Below, one piece after another: positions 33,475-48,700 of a DNA stretch of 64,000 bases (positions within the stretch are counted from its first letter, which is position 1; each line of letters opens with the position of its first letter). The notes beneath the pieces were generated by a model, which did not search any database, was not told the origin of the DNA, and saw nothing but the letters and a program-made list of their open reading frames with translations. The stretch covers positions 155,565,935 through 155,629,934 of the forward strand of contig NC_068982.1 of the NCBI RefSeq assembly GCF_001194135.2, in the 5' to 3' direction. The position numbers were made by a program, and so were the translations under genes. This stretch comes from Octopus bimaculoides (taxonomy: Eukaryota).

Positions 33475-36400
33475 GTGCATGTCAATTTTTTATTTTATTT
33501 CTCTCCCTTTCTTTTGTTATACAAAACACGATACAATATATACGTAACTCATCACGCATTTCTTTTACTATATCTCTACTTATAATATTCAATTAGAGAA
33601 AAGTTTTGAATGTCACTTCATACACTTTATATTTAGTTCTGTGTTCATAATTGAAAATTATGACGATGTTTATCCCTAATTCATAATACAACCTTTGTGT
33701 GTCTTTGTAAACAATTTTTTTTGTTAACTGAATTATCTAACAACGAAGTAAACGATCTTCATAGTTAAAATATCAGCTAAAAAGAAAGTCTGTTGTACAA
33801 TAATTTTAATATATTTTATTACGTTATATGATTTTTTTTTCAAGTGTTTCACAGCCATCAGTTTTGAGTTTTTTTTTACAACTCGACATATCTTTTAACG
33901 AGGTATATGATGGTAAAAAAGAAAGTAAATTAATCGAAATTGTTCATAAAACACGGTATTTAGCAGATATATACTTTAGTCTCTTCCATTCATTGTCTAA
34001 CTTTTCAAGTTACTACTTAATAGTCCAAAGTTTTATAAAGTTGGTGGGGATAGATTCTTAAAATATATTTTATCTTGCCGAAATGAAAAATATAATTAAG
34101 CAAACCTCTGAAGAATCTGTTATTGAGACATTAAAAGAAATATCTCTTGCCACCCGGCATAATTTATATTCCGAATTTCTTACTGAGTGACAGACATGAA
34201 ACTTCGTTTAAAATGTTTTTCTTAAATTTTTTTTTCATTTATTCTGCTAAATTGAGTATACTTTCTTAATTTGTTTAATGGTATCTCTGTTAGTTTGGGT
34301 TTTCGCGGTCTTTTAAAATAAGTGTCTAATACTGTCTGCTCCCTAACTGACATGTGATGTAGGTTTTGCCACGCCTCCCCAGCTGTAACGCACATGTTGA
34401 TTCAGGGGTGGGGGTCTAGATATGGATGCTGTTTAGCCCCAGGTTATCCCTTATTGAGTAGATCGTCTCGGGTTTTTTTTCCCCTTTTTTCCAGACATAT
34501 TGCTTTTTGGGATTACTTTGTACTATGTATTCTATTCTTTAAGACGGCCTGATATGAAGGAAATCTGGTTGTTTCTAGAATGTTAAACAGAGGTTACGTC
34601 GTTGGCTCGTCTGTATTCGGATGGCAGAAACGATAGAGTGCGGACTAAATGAATATTTTATAGTATTTATATCTTTTACTGCTCCGAGTTCGAATTTGTC
34701 ATTCATCTCTTTGGGAGGAGGGGTGATAAAATATACACCAGTCAGTTACTTGGGGGATTTATTCAAATTTCTCCTTCCCAAATATGTCAGATCATTTTGG
34801 ATTGACAGAATTACTAGACCATCGATAAAAATACTTCGCAATATTTAGTTACGTCCCTTTTTGATTCGAGTTCAATTCCTGCCAGAGTCAACTCTGCCAT
34901 TCGTCTTTCTGTGGGTCGATTTCATCAACTGTCCTCTTCAAAATGTTTGGCCTTGTGACTACGTAATAAACTGAAATCTCTTCGTGTTCGCTCGACCTAC
35001 TAGAAATGACAGTCAAGTCTCTTTGAAGTCCAACCTCGCCGTCTTAAACACATTACGTAATATCGGACATACCTCTAAAAAGACAGGGTGGTCATTGGTG
35101 GAATGCCTCTGTTCAGTTAGTGTTGTTACTTGGCCGGTGAATTGACAGATTTGTTTGAGCAGTTCGAAAAAATGCGTTGCAGCCCCTTACCTTCTGAGTT
35201 CAAATTCCACCGAGGTCAACTTTCGCTTTCACTCTTTCGGGGTCGATAAAATATTGTACCAGTTTAGCACTGAGGTCAATGAAATCAACTAAACCTCTTC
35301 CTTCAAAATTGATGGCCTTGTGCCTACAATTATTTGCGGGGTCAATATTATTAACTCTACTCCATCTCCCTCCTAATGTATGTCCTTGTTTCGTATGTTG
35401 TGATCCCTTAATGGTTTAGCACTGTGTGTTTTACCATTTTAATTGTCTGTTCTTTATTCTGTTGTCTCGAAATGTCGTGTCTCGTTTAAAAATTTAAAAT
35501 CTGTTGCAGAATGGCTGTTGTACAATTCGTCATCTGAAAGAATAAATAGCCAAAAGCATTTATTTATAACAGTTTATCTTTTTATACGATCTTACGTTTT
35601 GCTTAAAATAACTGTAATTTTATTTTACTCTATATTTGCTTATATATAAGTGTAGTCTTTCTCACAAATCAAATATTTCTATATCATACGCAGACGTCTG
35701 TATGAGAGCCAATGATTGAGCCTTTGTGGAGGTGCCCAAACTGCAGTAATCAGCAGCCAGATTTTCTTGAAATTGCACTCTATCATCTCAAGAAAAAAGT
35801 CCTATTTAACGTCTGTTTTCCATGCTGGACTTGACTGGTTTCTACAGCTGGATACTCTTCCTAATGCCAACCACTTTACAGTGTACTGGGTGCTTTTTAT
35901 GTGGCACCAGCTTATACACCAATGCTTTTTACATGGCACCTTGGTTTTAGGCTCTCAATTCTGTTGTGGGGGGCAGGTCTTCTTGAGTACAGCAATGCTC
36001 CACATATCTTGGTCCTCTTGTTATTTCAATCATAAGGCTCAGCATTTTAAGATCATTTATTCCATTTTGAAAACATATCCCTAAAAAAGACAGGGTGGTC
36101 ATTGAGATCATATAGCTATTCCATCAATACTGGGTGTTAGAAACTGACATGGCATGTGGTTCATAATTAGTTATTGCTATCTGTTCTGAAGCTAGAGATA
36201 GACAATTTTGTGCTTGCTCAACACAACTTAAATACCAGTCAAACTTAAAGGAAAAACTAGTTGCACTTGTTTAACCAAACCAGCAGACAGTCAGATGTCC
36301 CAGCTGTACCCATCATACAGTTTTTCTGACAATATATTTAGGATTGCATAATTTAATAGTGGCCTTACTATTTGAAAGAGAATTGGTTGCTATTGTGTAG

Positions 36401-39400
36401 GTCAAGAAGTAGTTGTATAGCACACAGCAATGTGGGCTAGTTGTGTTTTTAATTCAAGGGTAAACCTATGACTGCAACCTTCTGTATTTGGTACCCTGAC
36501 CCCAGATATAATGTATCCGGGACTACATTATCCTTTTTTTTTTTTTTTCAAGTGTGATTGAAGGAGATTTGGCTTCAATAAATGAACAAGCTTTTACTCA
36601 GATTAAATGAGGTTGTTGATAGTATAGTTCTGTATATACAGGCTGTGAAAAAAGCTTATCACCATTGGATTATTCTTTAATAGGATTTTTTTTTTGGTTT
36701 TGTTTTCAGAGTTTGGAGTCTATCTGGCTGAGTTGACTGTGGATCCAAATGGAGCTTTAGCTATCCGGCAATTGGCCTCTGTCTTACTGAAGCAGTATGT
36801 GGAAGCTCATTGGTCAAGTCAGTCCAGTAAATTCCGTGCCCCAGAAACCTCTGAGAAGGTAATTTCTAATTATCCTATTTTCTGTCTATAAGAATAAAAT
36901 TTAAGTTTTAAACTTTTTTTTATATTGAGCCATCTTTGGTCTTGTATTACAAAACAGTTGGTTTCATAGTTTAATTCATTCATATGTAAATGAAAATTTC
37001 TTATCAACTTCTAGATAAAGCCTATGCATGCATATGCATTTTGCTGCCATTTCATAATCAAAATATGTGCAAGCATAGCTGTGTAGTCTCGAGGTTCAGT
37101 TCCTAATCATGTGGTTTGGGGTTGAGTCCTCTGTGGCACCTTGGGCAAGTGTCATCTACTTTACTCTGGCCTACCAAAGCAGACAAAAAACTGAAAAAAG
37201 ACCTGCGTGTGTGAACATAGCTGTAAATGAGTGTTGTCTTCATAGAAGCAGGGTCATTTGCTCACAAGCTTCCTTGAAATTTTCTGGCCATGAAGAAATT
37301 TCTTACATTGGAACAGGTGAGGATTGGTGACAGGAAGGGCATCCAGCCATAGAAAATTTGCATCACCAAATTCCATCTAACCTTTGCAAGCATGGAATGA
37401 TACATGTTAGAATGATGTTGACAAAAGGTTAATTACCTAAAATCTGTTTTATACCATGAAAAAAATATATACACAAAAGGGGCAGAAGAAATATATGCAC
37501 TTGTTCTGATATATCAGCTGGATGGCTGTGAATTCTCTGACCAATTGTTCTTTTGTAGCTGCTTTGCTGTCCAAGCTGCTAACCATCAACTAATACAAAA
37601 CTGTTCTGTATTTTGAACAAGGGAGACAGGTTTAATCATCTTTGGAAATTTAAATGCCTGTGGTAAGATTTGAACTGATGAAAATAAGGTCGATGGCATA
37701 TCACCTTAATTTCATTGTCTTTATACCTCTTATAACCTAGCAAACTGTATTTCATGTTGAGCATTACCCTAAAATTTAGTTTCTTTTAAATCTCTTTTGA
37801 AAAATATTTAAAGATGAGCTTCTTTGTTATTACAATCCATATTCCTTGTCAAAGCATGTTGGAGGTAGTGCTTGTCTTTATTGAGATGTTCAAATATAGG
37901 TTTATTAAAACCTGAAAGATATGGAGAAAGAATGTACATATTGAAGTCAGTGTGTGTCTGTGATCTGAGTAAAGTTTGAAACAAGATAATTTTCTAAAAG
38001 TGGGTAAATGGATAACAGTTTGTCTGTTTACTCAGTAAATAGGTAAGACTTCTGATGGTAGGTTTGTACTGTAGTACACAGTAAAGTGAAAAGAAATTTC
38101 CATACCAAAGGATTAGATTGGATTATCTAATCTTATTTCTCCTGGAACAACAGACCTTGAAATATAAACTATGGTATATAAGTTCCCGATTTTGGATATG
38201 TTAGGTGTACTTCCTTTATCTGTTATAACACAGATCATCTTCGTGGTTCTTGCTTCACGTATAAATCATTTTCTTTTCCTCTTCTTGAAATGTTGACATT
38301 AAAAAAAGATGGTTTACCAGTGCACCTGCTTCTAATTCCTGAACAGGCTCCCTTATTAACTTTTTTGTATTATTCCTTCAGTTGATCTTACAAATATCTG
38401 GAAAAACCTGTATGTCAGCAGTAGTAAATTTAGTGACCAGCCAATGCCATAACTGTTTATTTCATATCATGTATCTATCACCATGACCGATATCCAAAAT
38501 ATAGTGGAGAAGACTAGCCACTGGATTTGGTTAAAAAGAGACAATGAGCGATGGCCAGAGAAATATTGAGCTTTGTTTTTAATAACCAGTTGATCTAGCA
38601 AGCGGGGCCTCATATCAGTGAGGGGATGCCATCGAGAGGTAGGCCCCGAAACGGCGCGCATTCTCTCCTGATGACCCCATACACTTGCTGGCTTCCGGTA
38701 TGCGGAGTTCTCGACTGGTAGCACTTGCATGTGCAAGTTGTTTGCAAGACATGTTGATATTTGGCATGAGCAAAGATGTGTTAGCATTCAAAGCAGCCAT
38801 CTCAGGCTCATATAATATTTTGTTTACATTGGCCAGCCAATTCCAACCTTTAATACCTACCCTACAATGTCATCCTTAATATAGTCACGTCATTCAAATC
38901 ATAAAGCTATGAGATATTGCATAATTATTTCAAAACAAATAAGCATTACATTTGACAGTGTAATCAATGAGTTAAAGGTTCAAGGTGTGTACTTCTTTAT
39001 TTTGATCCTTATTTTTTTACTCCTGTTGTTGTGCATTGACTGACACTTGTTATATTTTTAATGTCTGAATATATCTGAGAAAGGTTGAGCCTTCCATTAA
39101 AACTATTACATTTGCTCTGGGGTAATACATAGTAGTGTACATATATAATATCATTTATATTTGACATGTTCCTTTACTTTGCAGGCAAAGGCTGCCATTA
39201 GAGAGATCCTACCTGCAGGATTGAAAGAATCCATTAGTAAAGTTCGAACCAGTGTTGCCTATGCAGTGTCTGCCATCACCCACTGGGACTGGCCTGAGAC
39301 CTGGCCAGAACTATTCAGTCTTTTAATGGAAGCTCTTACATGTGGTGATCCCAATGCACTTCATGGTGCCATGCGTGTTTTGACAGGTAAAAATAACCAT

Positions 39401-42295
39401 TCATTTGCTTTCCTCTTTTTACATTTAAGATTAAATTATATTTTTTTAAATTTATATGTGCTTTCCATACTTGGGAGAAAATCGAAACATGCTTTTTGTG
39501 AAACTACATGAGTATCTTTATCATAATTCTCAGGCAGAATCAGCTTCTATACAATTTCCATTTGCCCAATTTAATTCACCCAAAGCTATAAAAAGACATT
39601 TGCCCAGGATGCCATGCAATTGGATTGAACTCCAGACCTTGTAGTTGTGAACTGAAATTGTTAACCATATACATGCATAAATTAATTGTGATCATAAAGC
39701 ATTTTAAACTTTAACAGTCAATATTTAATGTGATGTAACATAAAATGTAACTTAAGATCTTGTCATCTTTGTGAATGCCTAAAAGCAAGCAACTGGGATT
39801 AGCAATAGTGCTCATTTTCAAATGATGTATTTCATGTATTGAGCCTGTTTTGTCTTTGCACACCCAGGCGCACGTGTTTGTGTAGATATATAGATATGAT
39901 GTGAAACTGAGGCTTCATTCCATTGCTAATCTTAACAAAGAATGCTGCTGTGATCTCTGGTGTTGTCTATTAATCACTCTGTTTCTCTGTGTAAAATTGA
40001 CAACCATTATTGTCAGTGGCTGTAGATTGCTAACCAAATATAAGTTTCAGGCATGACATACACAAGACGGCCAGTTTTCCGTTACCATGATGCCTAATAT
40101 GGCAGGACCACAATGAGTGGCAAGACTCTGAAACCCATCAACCAAAGCTGCACTTTCAAAGACCTGCAACATAAAAAAGTTGATGACAAGCATTCAGCTA
40201 TTAAATCATGCTTCAAATATGCCTCTTTTCAACCCATACTACAGTATTTCCTGAATGAATTCGTCCCTTTGATTTCAAAGCCAATTTAGATCTTAAATAT
40301 TGAAAAATTAGACTGCTATAAGTTTAAACAAACATTCAAAATAGTATCTTAGCACGAGAATAGTGAAAATATACTAAAAACTAAAATGGTTCAAATTTAT
40401 TTTAAAACTCTTCATCATCATCATCATCATCATCATCGTTCAACATCCACTTTCCATGCTAGCATGGGTTGGACGATTTGACTGAGGACTGGTGGACCAG
40501 GATGCAACATCAGGCTCCAATCTGATTTGGCAGAGTTTCTACAGCTGGATGCCCTTCCTAACGCCAACCACTCCGATTTCACAAATCCTTCATATTCAAT
40601 ACTTGTGGGATGAAAAATGTTTGATGTCGATCAAATCTTGCACAATTTACAGCAGATATTGAATCCATTGCAAGATACATTGCTGTTTTTAAAATATTCA
40701 TTCTATGAATCAGTATTGGGCAAATTTTCTGGTCTGTTGCAGAGATCATTTTTATGACTCTGTAGATGCTGCTTCATGAAAGACTTCAATTCACTGAACA
40801 TTTCCTCATTGGAATTAAACTTTGGAGAATAAGGAAGTAGATATTTAACCATATGTTGTGGCACAAGATCAATTTCATTGACACTTTTGTGGATGCACGC
40901 ATTGTCCATAATAAATGACAGGATCTGATGTAGTCGCAGCGATCTTTAGCAAACATTGATGTAAAAAGCTGTAAAGATCAGAAGTTGGGATCTTAAATGT
41001 TTTGAATTGGACAAGATCCGACATATCCATAGCAGCAATGTTTAAATTTGCCCCTTTAGTAGAAGGACGATCGGTAAATGCCTGAACTCCATGGTAAGCT
41101 CTGCCCATCGACCTTCCAAATATAATAGATTGTAAAGATATTTCATAAACAAAAATTTTATGTAAAAGTATTTAGCAAATATAATAATTAGTTACCTTGA
41201 AATCCAAATATTGTAATTTGTTTCAGTATATACATGACGAATGGCCAATCCATTATCTTAAAGCCATTTTGCGTAATGACCTCACTCCTTTTTTGTTTTC
41301 ATTATTTCATTCTTGAGGGTGAATTATTAGTTTTTTTCAGAGTGTATCCAAAGCCATCAAAATTGTGATAAATAGTTGATAATGAAACAGTCAAATCGAA
41401 TTTCTCTTGTAAAAGTTCTCTCATTCTTTTCAAAGTTAAAGTTGAGTCCTCATTAATCGGTTCTTGTAAAAATTGATGATTTTCGTTGATTTTTCACTGT
41501 TGGTGCCCACGTTTTTTTTCTTCGGAGAATAATCTTTCTGCGCAATTGTCTTGACTGTGCTGTAGTTAAATATCAAGGGAGCTGGACAACAATTTCAAAT
41601 TTTTGCTGTTTCTGCTCAGATACTTTCTTGTATGTCTTGTTTGGCATGTTAAAAATGTTTAAACTATTATGTTTTAAATCAGACTTTAATATAAACGGAT
41701 AAATTCAATTGGGAAATACTGTTGTACGGAAAATGGGCATTAAACAAAGGATCCTCTATATTACTGATTTAATCATTTTCTCCATTCCTTGTTTTCATGG
41801 ATTTCTGAATTTTTACATTATATTATCCAGCTTTGTCATATGTCTGTTTCAGTTTCTTACATCTTGTCCAACTTTTCTCTATTTTTCATTTTGTAAATAA
41901 ATATTGTTGGTTACTGAGTTCCAATGAGCCAATCACTGTTTCATTAACATTACAATTGCAAAAGTCACAAAGATATATCTGTACAATTTATGCAGAAATA
42001 TTACTACAGTATTTTTGTTCAAATGCACTGGTTTATCGGATTTTTTTTCACCTGTGTGTGTATGTAACACCTGGTGTAGTGCCACCTTCCCTTCTACAAC
42101 AATCTCACTCAACTGAGGGAGCTGTTGCTTTTTTTTTTTTTTTTTTTTNNNNNNNNNNNNNNNNNNNNNNNNNNNNNNNNNNNNNNNNNNNNNNNNNNNN
42201 NNNNNNNNNNNNNNNNNNNNNNNNNNNNNNNNNNNNNNNNNNNNNNNNNNNNNNNNNNNNNNNNNNNNNNNNNNNNNNNNNNNNNNNNNNNNNNN

Positions 42296-42329
<34 letters not shown>

Positions 42330-45300
42330 ATGTTGGGCTTCTACACAGTTTCTGTCTACTACATTGCTCTCACAAAGCACTAGTCAAACTCCAAGACACT
42401 TGAAGAAGGTGCCATCCAATGCAATTGAACCCAGAACCATATGGCTGGAAATTGAACCTTACCAGACAACCATACTTTCTTATATTTCCTATTATTATTG
42501 CAGTTAGGTTGGGTTCTAAGTAAGTAATATCCAGATCAGTTTCATGACCTATATTGAATAGATTTATCAATTTATACATCTGTGTGGGTATCTATGTACA
42601 CAAATTTATGTATGTATGTAGTGATCTGGTTCCTACCTTTCCATTTTTATTGCGTTAGTATCATCTAACTAAAAATAACTTAGTTATTTATAACTCTTTA
42701 TGAAATCAAACATAATCATAGACTTTTCCCTTATCTCTCCTCTCTTCAGTATTTCTCCCTCTGCTGTATTTCCCTATTAACTCTCATCACAAGTTCCCCT
42801 TCATAAACTCGATGGTAACATTGTAAATTCACTCTCCAACCAAATTTAGATTGGTAGTCAAATGACACTTTAAAATGTTTAATTCTTACATGTATTCACC
42901 TGATGCAAAGTTTTTTTTTTTTTCTTTGGCCTAATGTAATACTTCTGTTCATAAAAAAAAATGTGTTTGAGACAGCTGTAGTGAACCCTAATCCATCTGT
43001 TATTTGTGTGTGTTTGTGTGTGTGCATATACAAACACACACATACATAAGCTGAATTGGAAGCAAATTTAAGTGTTAAGCAGGTTACTTCAAAAACATTT
43101 GCTGATATTTTCAGAGTTCACTCAAGATGTGACAGATGTTCAAATGATTAAAGTGGCTCCAGTTATTCTTCCAGAAATGTACAAAATATTTGTACAAGCT
43201 GATGTAAGTGAAATTATAGTTTATTGCTATCAGTTTTTAAAAAAAATTTTATTTATGGGAAAGAAATATTTATAATTTTTTAAATCCATTTGATAACTAT
43301 ATAAAATATCTGTTTATATCCAGGTCAGTCTTGATTCAGTTGACTGACCTGCCAGCATGGAAAACAGATATTAAATGATGTAGAATGCTGTCTAGAATGG
43401 AGATTTGACTGCTATTTCTTATAGGCTGAACAACTACATAAAAGCTCCCTCTTTGATTGAATTTCTAACTGTTGATAGAGTAATACTAGACTTATTTTAC
43501 CAGCACGGAAAAATTGACATGATGGTGTACATATTGGAATATGTCATATTGCTGTTGTCAGCTGTAAGGTTCAGCATCCTGAGATCTATCCTAATTACTC
43601 CATATTACTATGGTACTTTATTTTGTCTATTAATTTTCCCTTTCATATCACACATCTTTATCAGCACTGTTGTCTCTCTTACATTTACCAATATTCAGTT
43701 ATCCTCTCTCCCAGCTCTGTACTCTTTAAGTTAACATTACACATCCAACTGATCATAGCTCTGTCATTTCACTATATCTTTCTATCATATAGTATCATAT
43801 AGTATCACATACTCCATACAATTTTTTCAGAGAGTTAAACTTTGTTGTTATTTGTGGTTACAACCCAATAAACCTCCACCTTTTTCTTACTCCGACAACT
43901 AAACTTTCACTATAGCCAACTCTGGCACCTAATTCAGTTCGGTATTTCAGCAGCAGTTCATAATATCCTTATCTTTGTCAATTGGCTAGAAATTAACCTG
44001 TCTCTTGGTTTAACACCCCCATTTAGCTCTTATAAAACCCTTAGCAGAATCCACTTGGTTGCAAATATTGAGGCTAGGTTATTGATTTGAACACAACTAA
44101 ATGTCTTGACTTTCTGCTTTCTATTGCAGTAAACATTGGTTTAGGGTTTTTTCCTCTCTTTCCTCTACAAGTCTCAGATGTCCAGTGTGAGTCACAAGTG
44201 TCTGTCTTCCTCTGACTAAGCAAAGAAAGAAATGAAAAATATTACATTTAGTTTTAGTTGTTTGTCTCTTGAGATCTAATCACATTCAATGCAGATCCAT
44301 TTGCAATTAGCCCTGTACTAAGCCACATACTGAATAGAACTGAACTGCATCTTTGATACTAGAGAAATTCTTTCCCAAATAATTCTAAAACAAATATTTA
44401 TTTTTGCTTGTTTATCAGTTGTCATCATCAGTAATAAAACAAAGTGGGCTGTGACAGCTGAGGACATGTGTAGGCTTGAAAGCAAAGAAGCCAGTTTGCT
44501 TCACTGGATGTGCAATGTCAGTGTGCATGCACAACAAAGTGTAAGCATCTTGAGAGAAATTTTGGACATAAGAGGCATCAGATGTGGTGTGCAAGAGAGA
44601 CAGTTGTGCTGGTATGGTCACGTGATGTGTATGAATGAGGACAGCTGTGTAAAGACCTTTCGTGAGATGCTGTGCTTAAGACCTGTCAAGTGAAATTGTA
44701 GTTGTGGCTGATGCTGGTGTCACATAACTGGCACATAAAAAGCACCTTTCAAGTGTAGGGCCTCATGGGGGCAAAGTGGCCGATGCTGGTGGCATGTGAA
44801 AAGCACCTTTCAAGTGTAGGGCCTCATGGGGGCAATGACGAATGACTGAGACCTTTGACATTATGCTGTGCTTAAAAAAACTCATCAATCTGTGCAAAAC
44901 TGCAGTCATGGCAGATACTGCTGTCATACAAATGGCATCCATGTCGGTGGCATGTAAAGGCATCCATTACACTCTCGGAGTGGTTGGTGTTAGGAAGAGC
45001 ATCCAACCATAGAAACCTTGCCAAATCAGACTGGAGTCTGATGCAGCCTTTCAGCTTGCCAGCCCTGGTCAAACCATCCAACCCAAGCCAGCATGGACAA
45101 TGGACGTTAATTGATGATGAATTGGCCTTTCTAGCTTCAATTGGTATTGATTAACCCTGATCAAATGGTTTTCATTAGATGCTCTGTGTTCAGCCATTCA
45201 TATTTTCTTTTATTTATAGAACTGCATATGCAATTTATCCTATTTTTTTGACAGTAGGATGTGATTTGAGGGAAATTTGGTTATTTCTTATGGATTGAGT

Positions 45301-45664
45301 GAGCACATAAGGGCTCCCTTGTTCTGTCTTCAGAAAGAAAACAAAGATATATAGATATCTGGTAGGTGGACATGTTGGCTGGGGAGTAGGTATGTTAATA
45401 GTGATTCACAATAAGCTGTCATTTCCTTGCATCCTTAAAATTAGATGCAAATTTGATATATTTTTATGTTCTTTTATTTGTTTCAATCATTTGAGTGCGG
45501 CCATGCTGGAGCACCGCCTTTAGTTGAACAAATTCACCCCAGGACTTATTCTTTGTAAGCCTAGTACTTATTTTATCGGTCTCTTTTGCCGAACTGCTAA
45601 GTTACGGGGGACATAAACACACCAACATCGGTTGTCAAGCGATGGCGAGGGGACACACACACAA

Positions 45665-45715
<51 letters not shown>

Positions 45716-48700
45716 GAGCTTTCAGTTTCCATCTACCAAGTCTACTCACAAAGCTTTGGTCAGCCTGAGGTGATAGAAGACACTTGCCCAAGGTGCCACG
45801 CAGTGGGACTGAACCCGGAACCATGTGGTTGGGAAGCAAGCTTCTTACCACACAGCCACATACATTTTCATTTCCTTTTTGTATTTTAAAAAGAAATGAA
45901 ATTGCATTTAAAATGTTTTTTCTCTTTTGCAGACATACAGTATTCGTACGCGTACTCGAGCAGTCAACATCTTCAACACTTGTGTTGCTATGGTAGCTAC
46001 TATGATGGACACACACAAAGTAAGACCAGTCTCAATGGTTTCTCCTCTAATATTTGTCATATATCATTCAGATATTTATCATGGCCATGCTGGTGCACTG
46101 CCTCAAGAAATTTTAGTTGAACCAATCGACCCCTGTATTTATTTTCTTTTTAAGCCTGGTGCTTATTCTATTGGTCTCTTTTGTCGAACTGCTAACTTAC
46201 AGGGATGTAAATGCACTAATACCGGTTGTTGCAGCACACACAGAGATGAAGAGCTTCTTTCAATTTCTGTCTACTAAATCCACTTGCAAAGCTTTGATTG
46301 GCCCAAGGTACCACGCAATGGGAGTGAATGTGGAACCATGTGGTTAGGAAGCAAACTTCTTATTTCTTTATTGCCCACAAGGGGCTAAACATAGAGGGGA
46401 CAAACAAGGACAGACAAACGGATTAAGTCGATTACATCAACCCCAGTGCGTAACTGGCACTTAATTTATCGACCCCGAAAGGATGAAAGGCAAAGTCGAC
46501 CTCGGCAGAATTTGAACTCAAAACATAACGGCAGACAAAATACCACTAAGCATTTCGCCCGGCGTGCTAACGTTTCTGCCAGCTCACCGCCTTCTTACCA
46601 CACAGCCACATTTGTATTGATGAAATTAAATTGAGCTTTATAGCTAATAGTCTAACTCTGTCACTTGCATTATAGAAGTCATTTTATCCATTTAAGGATG
46701 CACAAAATCTCTTACATTTTGCATCTGTTTGACATATGCGCTAGAATTCAGTGACAAGATTACAGGAGTTTGTTAAAACTTTTTGACACCTCATAGTTGA
46801 TAGCGTTATTAAGAGATAAAGGAAAGTGGATAGAATAGTTTTTGTATGGTAAATGGTGGCAGTATCTCTTCCAAGATTGCTTTAACAATCTTGCATCAAA
46901 TCAAGAAATCTAAGATGATNNNNNNNNNNTGATTTCTGTAGAAAAAAAAAATATTTCTTTCTTGCTTTTTTTTTTTTGTGTTATTTCTGAATAAATTTTA
47001 AAAACTTTTTCATATTGGAAATATAATAGAATTAATTTGTCTGACTCCAGTTTAGCTTTGGGTGCAGGTAATTTAAAGTAGCTGGCCTTTGTGACTCACT
47101 TGTCTTTTCTCTTGACACCCCTACTGTGTTCACTACCCTAGGCCCTGCACTAACCACTACATCCAGTCATTCCCTGATTCTGGAATCCATTTCTTGCCCA
47201 TGTTTTTCCTGCGGCTGTCAATTTGTGGATATTCAACAATATCAACCATGTTGATCTCACCTGCCTTGGAGCACTTGTAAAAGCTATATGCACATCCCCT
47301 TCATTAAGACCAAACAAACCATTAAAAAACTGCCAGGCATTTACAAAAATCTTGTTATTTATATGCCATAAATGTATATAAAGGTTTAGACACTACCTAA
47401 CTGGAGTAGTTAATAATGGCAAATCGTCCAACCCATGCTAGCATGGAAAGCGGACGTTAAACGATGATGCTGATGATGATTTTACTGCCAAGTGGATGGT
47501 GTTTGGAAGTCTCTGGTTCAGCCAATCAAGTAAATTTTACTTTGCAAATCCTTTGTGAGTTAACTGAGTTCAGGATAAAATAGAAGCCTTAGAAGCAAAA
47601 ATATATATTAAAAAAAAAAAGGTCTCTAAATGATGTGGTTTCATGGAAAATTCTGCCAAGTACTTTACAAAGGGGAATGTATACATTCCTAAAATCTTAA
47701 AAACATTTTTGGTTGTGAGCTGCTGCAATCTCAACAAGGCTGAATGCAGTAGCTCTTAACTATTCCATACAGATTACATCACCCAGTCATTTGGTAAAAG
47801 CATGACGGTTTCAATATTTTATTTCCTTTTTTAAAAATTTTGACTTCATGCTCATAATTTTTTTTTCTTGTTTTAGAAAGACTTGTCTCAATAGTTTATA
47901 AAAATTATTTATGAGAACAATTCTAATGAAAATATTTGTTAAATGGTAATGAAAATCTTAGAAAAAATTAAAAATATACTTTAATAAAATAGTGAAGGAA
48001 TCTATGTACATTTAATGAAATGCTTTTGTACTCTTAGCCAGAAGGATCTTTGAATGTGTGACATTTATTTTGCAGGGTATTGTTAAGGCTTTACTGTTAC
48101 CCGTCCTTCCACAATTTACTGATGCTTTTATCAGTGCCCTTCAGGTTCCTGATGGTGAAACTTCAGATAGTGGCCTCAAGATGGAAGTTCTTCAGGTATT
48201 TTTATTTCTTCTCAGTCTTTTGTTTCTAGTTTAAAATTACTAATGTGAAATTGAAATTTTTGACACATCTAAATATTTTTTCTCTCTAATTTTATACAGG
48301 CTGTCACAGTTTTAGTGAAGAATCTCCCGAAAACAATGTCTACTTGGTTACCTCAAATCCTTCCTCCAGTTTGGAATTTGTTCACACACAGTGTAGAATT
48401 GTATCCTTTTTTTAAATTTTCTGTAAACTAAATTATTTGATTTATTGGTATGTCTACTTTTTTTCTATACTTCCAAAAATTGAAATATGTTTTAGACTTG
48501 TTCTATTTGGTGTTCTGCTCTTAGCTTCACTGATATCTGGTGGTATATATTATGTTTGCTGATGATATTCTATGTCATATGTGTCTAGTTTGGCTCAGAT
48601 TCCTTGGTATCTACTTTTAGGAGCAGGATATGCACTTCTTATGAAATTTTGGTTAATCCTTTTATTTCTCTTTCATAAAGTTGAACTTCATACAAGATTA

